Shown here piece after piece: positions 41,201 to 55,947 of a stretch of 64,000 nucleotides of DNA. The DNA is from Cycas panzhihuaensis. Its lineage: Eukaryota; Plantae; Cycadophyta. The position numbers were made by a program, and so were the translations under genes. How positions within the stretch are numbered: position 1 is the stretch's first letter; every line of letters starts with the position of its first letter. Location: the NCBI GenBank assembly GCA_023213395.1, contig CM041465.1:67215741-67279740 (forward strand), read 5' to 3'. The notes under the pieces were generated by a model. It saw only the letters and a list, made by a program, of their open reading frames with translations. It was not told the origin of the DNA and did no database searches.

Positions 41201-42083
41201 GAAGGATCTAGGAGCTGCAAAATAAATTTTAGGCATGGAGATACACAGAGATAGGAAAAATGATTAGCTATAGTTATTATAGCAAAAATATATGGAGAAG
41301 GTGCTAACTAGGTTTAGTATGGTAAATGTGAAATCAATGAGTATCCCATTAGCTTCCCACTTCAAGCTTTCTTCAAATATGAGTCCTAGTAGTGAAGAAG
41401 AAAAGGCTTATATGTCTCATGTGCCTTATGCTAGTGCAGTAGGAAGTTTGATGTATGCCATGGTATGTACAAGACCTGATATTTCACATGCAGTAGGTGT
41501 AGTTAGCAGGTTTATGGTAAATCTAGGAAAGGAACATTGGGCTATAGTGAAATAGGTGCTTCGGTATTTAAGAGGCACGAGCGACTACTGCATCACTTTT
41601 AAAGGTACAGGTAATCAGGTTTGTAGATATGTCGATTCAGACTTTGCAGGAGATTTAGACAAAAGGTGGTCTACTTCAGGTAATGTTTTTACTCTTGTAA
41701 ATGGTCCAGTTAGTTGGATGTCTAAATTGTAGAGCATAATTGCACTATCAACCATGAAAGCTAAATATGTTACTACATCAGATGCTTGTAAAGCAGTAAT
41801 CTGGTTACAGGTTCTATTGATTGAACGTGAAAGGAGACAGGAAAATGTAAAAGTATTTTGTGATAGTCAAAGTGTCATTTACTTAACCAAGAATCCAACT
41901 TATTACAGCAGAACAAAACATATTACTCTTAAGTACCATTTTGTTAGACAGGGTGTGGAAGCAGGTGGAGTGGCACTTGAGAAGATTTACACCAATCATA
42001 ATTATGTTGATATATTCACAAAACCAGTACTATTAGAGAAGTTCAAATGGTGTTTGACTTCTCTTGGCTTGCAGAAAAAATGA
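38213..42083 (+). pseudogene. Copia gag-pol
   Basis: KFEVEKFNGKNNFELW, zinc knuckle CCHCNKIGHLKNDC, WLLDSGASH, IKCLRTDN, YKARLVAKG, LYVDDML, FCDSQS. Many stops and frameshifts. Confidence 0.95.
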
Positions 42084-42121
42084 TAAAGGGTCTAGGAAAG
42101 GTACTGGGTAAAGGTGGAGAT

Positions 42122-42767
42122 TGTTGGATATTGTGATAACAATATTTTGGGGCTAAACTTTTGGCATGTTTTCGACATAGTTTCCTCCTCTAATCTTTCT
42201 TGTGGGGTTTCAAGGGGGGCGAGAGGCCCCCTTGGCTGGGGGATGCGAGAGGAGTGGAACGCCCCCCGCTAAGAGGGGGTTCGAGGGCGATAGCCCCCAA
42301 CCTGAAACATTAGCCCTGTAAACCATATTAAAATGTAAAGAGAATCAAGGTCATTCAATACAAATACCCTAAATTCTACAGTTGAGATTTATGCCTTGGA
42401 TGTCCCTCTCATGTAGCTCGATTTAGGGCTTTTTCTTATTATGTTGTATGTAATGTAATGTACCGTAAGAGGGCGGCGGCTAATTGTTATTCCTGAGAGC
42501 ACTCTACTACTGAGATGTAATATTTCTCCATTCTACAACAATAAAGACCGATACTTTCCTATGTGGATGTTTCCCTAGCACACTGCTAGGTTTTTTACCA
42601 CATTATATCGAGTGCATATGTGATGTTTGGCTTTTATTTTCATGTTATTGTATAATCTCTAATTTTAGAACTTGCATGTAATTTTAAGTTTCGATTTCTG
42701 TAACTAGTTGCAAGAATGCAATAGATCTTAGTAGCGGTTAAAGGGTTGGGACCTTGTATTCTCAACA
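42122..42767 (+). repeat. Copia 3' LTR (646 bp)
   Basis: Preceded by PPT AAAGGTGGAGAT; TG..CA termini. Confidence 0.95.
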
Positions 42768-44029
42768 ACCTCATGGATAAGCCTCATCACTCCTTTAATT
42801 ACAAAGAATGAGCATAATTTCTATTTGAAAAATCAAATAGATCTTATTACAATGATATGCATCTAAAAATAATATGTATTGCTAACTGTATATGAAAGTA
42901 TAAAAAATATAAGATTTTCCAATGTCTTAGAGGGCCCAACATCACTACATTATTAACAATATCAAATCTGGGTTAATAATTGTCAGAATTAATGTTTTAA
43001 GAGTTTGTATTAGAACATAATTTAGGGTTATAATTTAGTGTTGTAATCCTACTATGTCCTATGGGTTATATATATAGGCAATTCACACAAGTCAATATTT
43101 AGTAAATGCAATGTTAACAATAGTTACAAAGTCTTTACTACATAAGCAAGACTTGCAAGATCACTTACAAATTCAATGGACAGTCTCGAGTTGTATTAAT
43201 TTCTATATCAGTATTGTATATACAATAATTTAGAGTTCTTGATTAATTATAAAGAAATTTCGACCATCGATCAATTCTACCTATAAAATATTATTTTGTA
43301 ATTTTATCTCTGGCTCATCTTTTTTATATTTGATCTCAGACCTAAGTTCTTGTTATAGAAGAGTTAGTTTTATTATTCCATAATTTTTTATGGAGCTAGA
43401 AATTTGGGAGAACATAGTTGCTAGAGTTTGTAAAGTTGTAGTGCCAATTTTTTTCAAATTGAAAAAAAGAATTTAGAATTTTGTTAAAGAAAGAACTTGC
43501 TAGAGGATTTTTGAAGTGTCAATGGAATTGCAAATTCTAATGTATCATATTTGAAAGGTTATTTAAGTTAGGCATACTATGATTTTAAAAAAATGATATA
43601 TATATATATATAGTATGAAATTTGTGTCAACTAAAAAAAATCTATCGAAGAGATTTATTAAACTATTTTGGAATAGTAGAATGTTGGAAAAAAGATTTTA
43701 ATAAGTGATCCTAGATTGGATACACGTCTTAGAAAACAAAAGAAAGCTAAAATAAAAGTTGAATATAAAAGTTGAATAAACAAAATTGCCCTAGGCACGA
43801 AGTGCTAAAATAAATTAGGATTAACCCAAAAAAATAAAATTTACCAAATGATTTATAGGTCTTCTTTATTTATAAGTTCTAATATGGCTCCCTACTAAAA
43901 AAATAACTTTAATAATAATATTACTAATAGAATATTAATTTCATATTAATTTAAAAATACCAACTCTATAATAATAATAACAAAACTAGCTTCTAATATA
44001 ATACCAACTTCTCCTAAGTAGATTATGAT

Positions 44030-44065
44030 CACTACAATCCATCCCTCCTTCAAGGAATACTTCAC
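44030..44065 (-). other. Possible PPT/LTR junction of an old inverted Gypsy element
   Basis: Minus strand TTGAAGGAGGGATGGAT|TGTAGTG only; coding flank not readable. Confidence 0.3.
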
Positions 44066-47000
44066 ACATAAAGTATTACAACCTTGTTATTTGAAGTCAG
44101 AGCATGTATTTGCTTATGCATATTTCTAATACTCCATCTACAATGGCATAATATCATGGAATTTTGATTCTCCTTTATTTTATTTTCTATATCCTCTTAC
44201 TATATATGATACTACTCTATTAGGATTTGCTTTTATACGTGACTCTTTGCAATCAATCTTGAGACTTGCATGCTCTAAGGTCATGTTTCCTACGTGTATA
44301 TTATATCCACCTATAGTTGTCCTTAAGGGAAAATTAAGAAAATATAGGGGAAAGGCATGTATCATAGAAATTGTACTAGGGTGATATATTTTGGGAATAA
44401 GTGATATGAGTGTAAGTGTGGAATTGCATGTAAGAAACATACAATATGAAGGGTAGATTATATGAGGGAAGATTTATCTACATATATATTAAAGATAGCC
44501 AATTAAAAAGCATAAGCCATATATAAGTTGTATCAAGGGGAAAATTAGGAGGGGGGGAGCATATATGAGGATTTAAATGAAGAATGTGATATAGGACAAT
44601 TAAGTTCATAAAACAAAATAAATTTATGTGTGATGAAGATACTGTTATATAGAATGAAGGGTAAATAAATCTAGATCTATGAGTAAATTTAAGATTTGAT
44701 AGGTATAAGGAAAATAAATGGGGAATGAGGGCTAGCCATTCCTTATGGGAAAAGGGTTTTGGTAGTGACATGTCAAGATGATTTATAGAGTAATTCAAAG
44801 GGTTAAAGGGAAAACACATATGGTAGTGAGAAGGTTTGTGGTAGTGAGAGTGGGGATGTAGATGAGAAAAAGATAATGCTTTGTCGAGAGGGTGTATAAT
44901 GATAGCATTAAAGGTTGAAGCTTCTTGAAAGAGGTTTATAGGATAAGGAATATAGAGATGGTTATAAAGAAATCTCTTAGGAAATCTGTCATGAAAGGGT
45001 ATCTCAGGTAGAATAAGAATTTCACCTATTAGGAATAAGGAACCTAGAGCTTCAAGTTTTAAGTTATTTATATGGTTTTATTGTGTACGGGATGGGAAAT
45101 TCTATGAGGCTATAGAATTTAGAAAGTTGAGATGAATAAGGAGACTTCCAAAAGAAATATGTAAATATAAGATAGCATTAGGATTTAAAACAAGCACCCC
45201 ATTTTGAGTCATCTTACATATTAGACTTTTTGTCAAGTTACTCATCGATGGCGATTTTCTCACTTGACTCGTGTTATTTGTCATGTCATCATCTTGTTCA
45301 TTGATATGCTCTACTTTAAGTTCTTTTTGAATTGGATCGAATAGTTCTTCATGTGTGTCACATAGTGACTTATTTTATTATTCAACCATAGGCTCCTTGC
45401 TATATTGTTCCTTAATCTAATTAGCTAGCTTTTCTTCATTCTTTTCTCTTGCCTTCTCCTTGTAAGCTCTTAGTCTTGCTCAAATCCTGCTTAATACCTC
45501 CTCATTATCTTTATTCTAACATTTATTCTTAAAATTGCTATAGTTCTCTATAATGTAGTCCATTGGTAGTCATCTGACTACCTTATAATCCTTTTATCAA
45601 ATTTAATAAGAAAATCCATTAAGAATTATTCCTAGTTAAAGCAATTTCTTAAGAGCTCACTTATGACTCATCCTAAATTTTTATCACTAAAATATAGATA
45701 AATAATTGAGATGAAATGCTCATTTTTTATGAGGTAAAAGTTTACGACTATTTCTATCTTAACTAGTCATGCCATGGGTCACATTCCCCTACCTATAGTG
45801 AAAATATGTATGTTTAGATTTATCATTATATATCAACTTTAAATAATAGCTTATATATCAAATCGAGTAGAAAATACATTAAATAATATATCAAAATAAT
45901 AGTCTTTGAAACAAAATTATATCAATTAGATGAAATAAAATTCTAACACTTGTAATAAAGTTATGGACCTTTAAGGGTATGTCATAATTAGGATTTTTTT
46001 AAACTACAATAGTGCTTGCTACTAAAATATTGATAACATTTTACTCCATACCTAATAGATCTTAAACCATTTGCAACACAAAATAGATTTTGAGATACAT
46101 AAAAATAAAAAATATTTGAAGTCAATCAAACACCTATAACTAAAGTTATGATCATTTAAATTTATAATAACAAATTTTAAACCCTAAAAATGATAATAGA
46201 TAGTAAGACAAAATTAAATTCTCCATAATTTTTGTAATTTCCATATAAACCTTATACTATAAGCACTCAAAATTTATAAAACATGCTTATTTAGCTTAAA
46301 TCCATTATTATTCTTTTAAAATTCTTTTATTCATACTCTAAAAAATGCATATCCTTGATAGGCTAAAAATGAAGCTTGAATACCACTTTAAGTGATCTTA
46401 AATTATATCTACTTATTTAAATACCAAAGAAAATTGAAATGAAAGTAAAATAAGCAAAATTTTCCTAGGAACCAAATGCCAAAATAAATTATGATTAACT
46501 CAAAAAAATAAAACTTATAAAATAACTAACTTTTGTTAAAAAACTAATTTCAACAATAATATGAGCACTAAAATACCAACTTCATAATTAGAAAAAAATA
46601 AAAACTCCTTAATAATAGTAATAAAATTGACTTATAATAAAACACCAACTTCTTCTTAATAGGTTAGAATTAATATACTTTAAAGCATAAAGTAGGGTTG
46701 AGGTGATTTGAAGTTAAACATTCTATGAGAAATACATTGGAGGAGATGTCATAGGGCTTACAGATAACCACATAAGAATTTAAATTTAAATTTCTAAAAT
46801 AAGACCTACAAATAGATCCATCAATAATTTAAAAGTTAGTCAAGGCTTCGACTCAAACTGATGTTATAACTTATCTTAGTAGAAAGTAGAGCATGAATTC
46901 AAATTCAAAATACATAGGTCAATGCCCAAGAAGGGATTACGAGGGGTGAATTAGGGCAAATCCACATTTATTAATTTCCATAATTTGGTCATAAGAGCTT

Positions 47001-47749
47001 GAAAACTTCAATGAAAATGCCATAGAGTATAAAATCCATCATAGAAAACATTCAATATCATGGATGTAGAGAATTGAGTATCAAGGGAATAGATGCTCAT
47101 AGGCAATAATGGATATAAATGAATGGTAGTTGTTAGATGTTTAGGCATTAATGTCATAAAGTAGAGTAAGAAAATTGTAGATTAATTGTTAGTACTGTCA
47201 AACACTAACTAATGCAAAAATTAAAGACCCACTAGATTCCAATAAAAAATTTGAAGTTTAATTCAAAGTTATAAAGTCGCTACAGGTCACCAAATTTAAG
47301 GTTCTAATTTTTTATCCCCTCAAGTGTTTAGCCCATGGTTTTGCAGAGAAATATGGCTAACTTTATTTTTGGTACTATACATTACCATTTTAAAATTTTG
47401 AAGATAATCACATTTGTAATAAAATTTCCTATCCTTTTGGAGTGATCACATGGAGAATTTATAGCACCTTGCATGGTGATTGATGACTTACTCCTTATTT
47501 TGACACTTTACATATTAACTACAAAATATAAATTATTAATTTATGAAAGAAGTTTTCTTTTCTTTTTTAATTTATGGTGTACATTGAGTAAACGTTTTTT
47601 GATGATGAATGGTCTATAATAATATGTTGAAGAGAAAGTTGTCAAGGATAATACTAATGTTATTACTTGGGCTAAATACAATTCCCTAAATAGAGTGACA
47701 ATGGGGATTACCAATCTCTCAATGGGCAACTTGATGAAAAATGTTTAAA

Positions 47750-48740
47750 ATATCATAATATCTAAAGAAGTCTAGGATATAATAATTTTTATGTTTGAAA
47801 CTAAGAATGATGAAAGGGTCATGATGTTGAGAATCAATTATATAATTTTAAATTGATAGCATCTATGGTTGACCATACTAAATATGAAAAGGGTATTACA
47901 AATCAATTAAGTATTATTAAATATAATGTCACTGATAAGGAGTTGATTATATTTGAGGAATTAACCTAAAATATATAACAGCTTTGTCATAAGTTTTATA
48001 ATAATAGACAAATTTAGAACTATAATCTTTAATGATTTAGAAGGTCATAAACTATGGTAAATTTATACATTTTATAAAAGAATATAAGAAGACACAATTT
48101 TATTAGTAGAACTGAAAGAATTAGAATGATTAGCATATTTAGAGGAGGAGAAATCAATAATCAAGTCATTTCTCTAGCTATTTGTTAGCTGAAAGGCGCA
48201 AGAGACTCTTCATTATAGGAAATCAAATCAATGATTTTAATAATGTGTAGTACATTAACTCAAGTATTCTTATATGCATGACAGGTAAATTCGAATGGTT
48301 GAGACACATGGGAGGTGACTGGTCAAATAGTAACTCTTAATGATGATACACTATTAAAAGCTAAATTATTAAACAGGTTCTCATCATTATACATAACAAT
48401 AAGTATTACTACATTGAAGATGTAATGTATGTACTAGCTCTAATGAAGAACTTGATTTTTATTAGTGAGATTAAGTGTCATAACATGAGTGTTCCTTTCG
48501 TGTGTGTTAAATGTACCATCATAGATTGTAAAAGAAAAATTATAGGCATAGGTGTCAAAGACGATGAAAATGATAAATATATAAATCAAAGAATCCTTAG
48601 TGTAAATATAACATTAAAAATCAATTATGACATGAAAGGATGGGATATTTGCAGTTAATATTTAAATTAAATATGATTTTCCTATACTTTCAATTAGAAA
48701 TGGTTTATGTGAACCTTGCATAATAGGAATGCTAGAAAAT
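47750..48740 (+). pseudogene. Ancient Copia gag-protease-preintegrase remnant
   Basis: Degenerate protease-like S..MTGKFEW, DVMYVLALMKNLIFISE, GLCEPCIIG. Confidence 0.6.
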
Positions 48741-51169
48741 GCACAAGGACTAAAGATCATGTAATAAATTAAGATTAAGATCAATAAATTTAAAATAACA
48801 AGTCACACATATGAGTTGTAAAATATGGATATAACATGAAATATAAAATACATAAAAATAAAACATATATCATAATATAAGATAATAACTTTAGGAATAA
48901 TGGTCATCTCCATTATTGGTTATAGATGTATTTCACCTTGTAGATATCAAATAATATTAGACAACCTCTAAGATAACCTATGGTGAATACATTATTATGT
49001 GAGCTCAAAGACTACACATTTTAATAATGCTCACTAATTAATGTCTATACAAGTATGCACCTCTTTATGTTGATTATGTACAAGATTTGATGGAGGACTA
49101 ATATAATAATAAATGATATACCATCAATTATTCTCTAATACTCCCTAATAATGTTTAGTCTAGTCTTTCTTATCTTGTCACATTGCTAGGTAGTTGTCTT
49201 CCTTACTAGACAACTTTATGTGTGCTTTATTATTTACTTAACCCTCTTCTCTAACATATGAGAAGTGATTTTTTGTCACCTTACTTGGACTCATGAATAG
49301 TATAAAACTTGAGTTTTAATGAAAAGATAAAGTATCATACTTGATTATGATAAATGTTGTTTAAATAACCTTTATAAGTTAGAGCTACAAAATAAATTAC
49401 AAAACCTCAAATTAATATAGCCAAAGGTGAGAAATCTATATAGGCCAATGACGACATGATGGGAACCCATGTAGAAATAAGCAAGTATATAACTTCAAGC
49501 TTATTAGACTTCATGAAACAATTATTTGAGCTGAAGAAAGGGATAACCGAACTTAAGAAAGTTTACAATAAGGCTCAAGCTACTATTAGGCTAGAACTAC
49601 AAGAGTCTAGCTTATTTAGTTCCTTCAAATAATAGGTGTATGGGTTGGGTGCTTAGGGTAATTAAGCAAACCCATTCATTCACTAATAATAATATATACT
49701 AAGCATAAGTATAGATTAGGTTAAGAGAGTGGCTAAAGAGGCCTAAGAGTTGGAGGGTATGGTGAAACTTATATATGCTAACTTGAATTCCTTAACAAAT
49801 GAGTATAATATGTACTCCTTAAATAAGGAGGAATTGATGAACAAAGAGGAATTTATTAAAACATTACAAGCTAAGATAATGAAATCCATGTAGAAGTGTG
49901 TCTTTAATTAAAAATCTAAGCCCAATGAATGGGCCTTACAAATCTAAGAAAAAGATTCTCAACATATAGGCCTCTATAGTTTAATTAAAAATGAAAAAGA
50001 TAGGCTCACCTAAGTTAAGGAGGAGGTATACGAGCTAGAGGATAACATACAACTAATGGATTAACAACTAATCTTATTGTTAAAACAATAATTGATATCT
50101 AGGATGAAAGGACTATTTGCAAGAGGGAAAACTCAAAGCTAGCTTAGAGAAGCCAAGGAGTGGACATAAGGTATATGAACTTGGGTAATTAGATGATTAT
50201 ATTCTAAGGACTATCCATTTAAGAGGGTATATTAGCTTATCAAGGGAAAGTGAACTTAGAGTTAATATGCTATTATTGTTCTACTAACTACAAATATGGA
50301 GGTATTTTGAAAAGAGGATAGAAAATTTTGTGATAACCATTCCAATAATACCCATTACTCACTAGAAAAGAGGGTATATGAAGAAAATAATTCAACTTCT
50401 ACTGACTTGATTGGTATACATTTTGTCTTCTAATTTCTACCTTCCTTCCTACCACATTCATCTTTTTTTGAAGTCTAATGGTTTGTTGTCCCTTTTTGGT
50501 CTATACTCTATAGAGGTAAATCCACGTGGTAATCTTGAGTTATAGAAAGAAGCCCAATAATAATAGGAATAATGTATGAGCCAAATCTATTAGGTTTTGA
50601 TATTTATTAGTCCCTAAACAAAGATTACATTTTAGTTTGTTGATATTAGCTATTAGCTTTGCTCCTATTTTGGATCATCAACTTGTTGCCCTTTGGTATC
50701 TAATTATAATGTAAATTCATTTAGGGTAGCTAGTGTATTTCTAAAATATTTTGATATTTAATATATATAGATTCGATCATAAACTTTCATTATTAAGAGT
50801 ATTCTCTTAGCAATATGGTGGATAAATAATGATAGTTTATACACTTTTTTATATATATGTATATAATGAAGGTTTATAAATGTAAATGGTTGAGAGAAAT
50901 ATACACTTTTCGTCTCTTTTCTTTTTTAAAAGCCATTGATGTAATTGTTTTTCTTTCACTAGTTTAATAGTTTAGTGTATTTGGTTATTAGATCAAGAAA
51001 ATAAGTATGTATGAGAATTAATGATTGGTTTTATTTAGTCTCTAGATAAGATTTGATATCTTAAATCATATATTAGATTATTTATCTCTATTGGTTTAAC
51101 ATCATATCTTAGGTGCTTTATCTACTCTTTTTGCATATCTTTTTTTCTTTAGAATATTAGATCATTAGA

Positions 51170-51600
51170 TTAGTCAATTTAGTAAGGTTGTTCTACTTAG
51201 ATAACACTTTAGCAGTCCTCCACTTTTCCAACTATCTTTCCTTTGAATATCTAGTTATTAGATTAGGTGATTTAGTAGGGTTGTTCCATCCAAACACTAA
51301 TTTGGTATTTTTTCTTTTCTCTATGCTTGGGTTGGTGACTTGAATGATTTAGCGAGGCTAGTCTACTCAAACATCAACTCAATAATTTATTAAAATCACC
51401 CTCACTAGTCCTCCCCCATATTAACATTCTTTCCTCTTAAATATCTAATTAGTGGATTAAGTGATATAGTAGGGATGGTCTACTTAAACACTAATTTAGT
51501 ATCATTTTTCTCCTTTTTTTATAACCTTTCTTCTATTTATCAAGCTTTCATAGTAGTGGCTTGAGTGATTTAGTAAGACTAGTGTGCTTAAACATGTACC
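51170..51600. repeat. Five degenerate ~30-bp motifs at 80-120 bp spacing
   Basis: GATTTAGTARGR..GTCTAC.YAAACA-like copies near 51175, 51268, 51345, 51461 and 51565. Confidence 0.6.
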
Positions 51601-53159
51601 TAACACTCTATCAGAACCATTTTCAATAGCTTCCTTCCCTTTCCTCATCTAAATCTATGTATATTTTAGTAGTATATTTATAATAACACCAACCACACCC
51701 TCTTTATAGTAACAATGACTACTTCTATAAAATGGGATCATATCTATTGAAGTGAAGGGTCTTTAAACACCTTATTATTGATCATAATCTTTGAGATAGT
51801 ATCAAACATTTATAGATCATTCCACCATCATCAAGACATTTTTAATGGCATATAGATAGAGAGTTGTAACAAATCCTGTATAAGTCTTGGGAGATTTTGA
51901 ACTTATAATGCATCAAGTAAGAAAGTTTTATTAAATAAGGAGTGAAAAGTTAAAGTATTATTATCAAATAGTTTGTGATTTCATTAATAATTTCTATGCT
52001 TTCTATATTAATTATATTCTTAAAAAAGAGAATAGAATTATTATATTCAAATCATGCTTATATTACTTGAGATGATTTTATCGATACCATATGATAATGA
52101 ATTGAAAAACTTAATGCTCTTTCATATAAAGTCCAACTATTACATTATTTTCAACACGATTCATAATTAAGAAATTTAATAAATGATTTAAGAGATTCTA
52201 ACTCAAAATAAATATTTTAAATGAAGAAATGGTATAATTCTACCAAACTGATTTGTAACCTAATATTAGCGTTGAAGTCAAAATGTCTTGAACTATTACT
52301 CTAGAGAAAATTATTAGTTTTATAAGATAAATTAAGGTCAAGTAACAAGTACAAACCTTTTGATACATCTCTCTTGAGCAACAACCCAATTTTAGAAATT
52401 AACATTTGCTTATAGATCACACTTTGAAACTTAAAAAGGTAGTTCAAAATGAGAACTATTAGTATTAGAACAAAAAATAGTTTACAAAACATCTTAAGCT
52501 ATGTTCATAGTAAACCTAACTTTATATAATAAAAACCTATAACATTGAAATTGATATAATTGATAATTAACCACATCTTGTAGAGATCTTATCCCTTGAT
52601 AATAATGATCCTTTCATCTCTTTAGTAGCTATGTTAGGCATCCCCCAATCCAATACTATCAAATTACAAAGGCTCATATGCAATAAAAAGGTAGTCATTC
52701 TTTTTTGCTTGAGAAGCACTTATAAGTTTATAAACACCAAGGCCACAAACTGATCAAGCCTTTTTGTTGATAAATCAAACATTTTTCAAATAGCCATGTC
52801 AGATAATAAATAGATAAATTGTGATAAGTAGCTTGTTAACTAATAATTTCAAATCAATACCCTTATCTTTGAAAGTAATTATTATGCCCTCTCTATAAGA
52901 GACATATATGTAATATTTAAAGTTATATGGCTTAAGAAAATGGAAAGATATGAATTAAACCATGACCAAAATTTTATTTATTTTTGATGAAATGAAAAGT
53001 TCCACCAGTTCTTTGAGATCTCTTCTTCCAAATATAAAATTAAACATATGTCATATATGAGCCAAAGAAAAGTAGGTTGTATTATTCAGTTATATACCAT
53101 GTACATTCTACTGATAGAAAGACAATTTAATAATAATCATATTGATAATCAATTATGAA

Positions 53160-53250
53160 AGTGTTTAACACCTAAATACAAGAGCTTCCTAAAGTTTTCC
53201 CAAGCTATGAAGGCAAAGCATTTTGAAAAGGGAGGGACTTGTTGCAAACC
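53160..53250 (+). other. Possible chromovirus ORF end, PPT and LTR start
   Basis: GAAGGCAAAGCATTTTGAAAAGGGAGGGACT|TGTTGC resembles the LEDK.F..G end of chromovirus pol. Confidence 0.35.
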
Positions 53251-54783
53251 TTGCAACTAATTATAGACAATAATAACTCAATTATTGAAAGAGACATAAC
53301 TTAGGTTTATGCCTTATTAGAGGGGTATGTCATCAATATTTAAATGCTCTAGAACCATGTAAACATATCACATTTTATTCAATATAGTAAAGTATATTTC
53401 TTCAAGAAATAGTCATTAAAACTTACCTTGTTTTGAGTAGTAGATGTGAGAGACCCACTACATCCTACTAAAATAATTATATTATACCAAATTTCTTACC
53501 AAATTATATAATTGATCATGACACTTCTAATCTACAATAAGGAAGATGGCATCAATAAAATCATTTTAAAACTCATGAAGAATACTTTGATTTTAAGTTG
53601 TTCGCAGTTAAACTTTCTAGTCCACTAATAGTCTAAAAACCTTAAAGAATTATATTGTGTCGTTACCTATAAAAATTTATGCTTGCATTTTTTATGACAT
53701 TTTGATATTCAATGCATCATGAAAAATATGTTTTAGCTATACCAACACAGTCCTACAAGGTCTAGATGCAAATAAATATTATGGAAAGTCCTTGGCATAT
53801 GCATTTAGCTAACATAAAGTTAAATACTTAAATTGCATCGTGTCAAGTTAATTAGGACAACATCAAAACAATGATTAAAGGATGCACCACACTAAAATAA
53901 ATACTTCCAAACATAAAGGGATATCCAAAAGTTAAAAAAATAACAACTCTAACATTAGAAGGCATAGATTTCGCAAGGCCATTTGAACTTGAATGTCATG
54001 GCTTTCGCATATGAATGTAGTAATAATGCATGCATAAGAAAAGATTAAAATGCTTTAAAATCCATATGTAAAATAATAAAGGAAGACTGATCAATTTATG
54101 AGAAACGAGCATTTCTTTGTTATGTGTATGGCATTATAAAACGACAATAAAACCTTATGTAAAATAGATTTCGAACAAAAATTCACACTGATAATCACAA
54201 GTAACTTATTTATAAAGCAACACTCAAACCATAACATCACAAGAAAATAATTGTCCACAAGATCTAAGCCTTTCATCCTATACAAGACAGGAAAAGAAAA
54301 CTCAATATAAAATACTCGCAACAATGGCGACCAGAGACATCGTGTCAAAGAGGATGAGAAACTCAAATGCATCAATAACCATAAAAAATTGGAAATAAAT
54401 ATCGTCGTATTTCCTTGTTGAATTGCGAAAAGAGGAGACAAAAATTACGCCTTTTCTGTCCCTTCTATTGACATATTAAATTATGTCAAAGCAAATCCAA
54501 ATGAAAAATGAAATGAAGGTTTTTTAAAAAAATATAGGAGGACGTGAGAAAACTAGCCATTACAACTACCACAAATTCAATCGCTTGGTTCTGTTACCAA
54601 GACTAACATAACCAATAACCGTAGTAAACATATTTCTGCTGTTTGACATAAGAAAACTACACTATCATGCCAAATAGGACGAATCCAATGACTCTGACGA
54701 TGAACCTTTTTATACAGTCATTGATAATAACCCTGATGTAACGATGTGGGTAGCGTGTGGACAAGATAGGAGAAGGCGGCATG

Positions 54784-55935
54784 CTACAAGGATGAATCAA
54801 CTAAATCCTCCAAACAGGGCTGGAACTCATGGGCCTTCAGAACTCTGACCCCGTCAATCAAACAATTGCCGGAGTGAACATGTTAAAAGCCAATATATTT
54901 GTAGGATTGGTGTGTGTGCACAGGGAAATAATATCTCCATGTGCAATTGCATCGAAATCACACCATTATCTTGTGAAGCCTCGGAGAATGTACCTTTTGA
55001 ACATCTGATGTGGCATGCGCGAGATTTCCTGCCACGTTGCCTCGCAGGGAACCCAAGCGCCGACACTGTCAGACCTTCCGCACACGCGTCCTGGTTATCG
55101 TGCAGTGGCAGACCTACCACGGGAAGGTTGCCTCCGCCTTCGGCTTTCGGCAATCATCGCAAATTTCATTTGCGTTAATTTGACGTGCATGCTATTAAGG
55201 CAGCCTCTTACCCTTACCTTAATGCTACGGGTGCTCGCTTAAACTTCGGAAGGGTCCCACAACCGCTTCTGTACATCGAAAAAATGCATTCCATCAAAAT
55301 ATCTATAATCGAAACATACATACGATATGCCGTTACAAACTGTGGATTTGTTCAAATACTGCCACTGCCGTGGCTTTGTCTGAACGTCGAGGAGAGCCCA
55401 TTCATCTGTAGAGTAATCGTATATTGCCATGGCTCTCGAGTTCTACACTATTCCCTTGTATCCGCTGTCGATTACAATGACTTTGTATTGTTTTCATACA
55501 ACTTGATCTGTCAATGACAATGTTCATTAGGGGAACGACTTTCGTCCTGACCTTGATGCGTGGAAGTTTCCATTTCTTGAGAATGGGATTGCACAAGAAA
55601 TATTGAAATTCTCCATAAGACTGTTGTGTGATGCCGCAAACCAACCCACCTGTAGAAGTCTTTACGCATAATTTATGAATGGGCAAACAATTAGACAGGG
55701 ATATCGGACGAGCATACAATGTAAACAATGTTGGATTTCTGGAATGTTCACATACAATCTGTAAACGCCTTCTGCAGAGAAACTTATTTGATAAAATAAT
55801 TTCATTCCATTTCTTACACACTGCTTGAAATGTAACCAATGACCGAACGGGTAGAAGGCTTAGTATTATTTGCAGCAAATCTTCGGGAACATCACTCCAT
55901 ATAGCCGCATCCATCGGGGCAACCGCAACATCCAT
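54784..55935 (-). pseudogene. F-box protein gene (F-box/kelch-like C-terminus), frameshifted
   Basis: WSDVPEDLLQIILSLLPVRSLVTFQAVCKKWN, GGLVC, FLCNPILKKW, then in other frames YKVIV, IYDYSTDEW, VCNGISY and terminal EFQPCL. Several frameshifts and stops. Confidence 0.88.
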
Positions 55936-55947
55936 ATCGTTAATGAC

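Larger units (their letters stand above)
37509..42767 (+). mobile_element. Full-length Ty1/Copia element (Tork/Tnt1-like), decayed
   Basis: Two TG..CA LTRs, 5-bp TSD ACCTC (37504-37508 and 42768-42772), PBS, PPT and gag-PR-INT-RT-RH order. Confidence 0.97.

Noticed and set aside
49400-50400. Purine-rich stretch resembling decayed coding sequence
   Set aside because: No recognisable domain.
51170-51600. CRISPR-like repeat-spacer look
   Set aside because: Repeats are degenerate, spacing is irregular, the context is eukaryotic and there are no cas genes.
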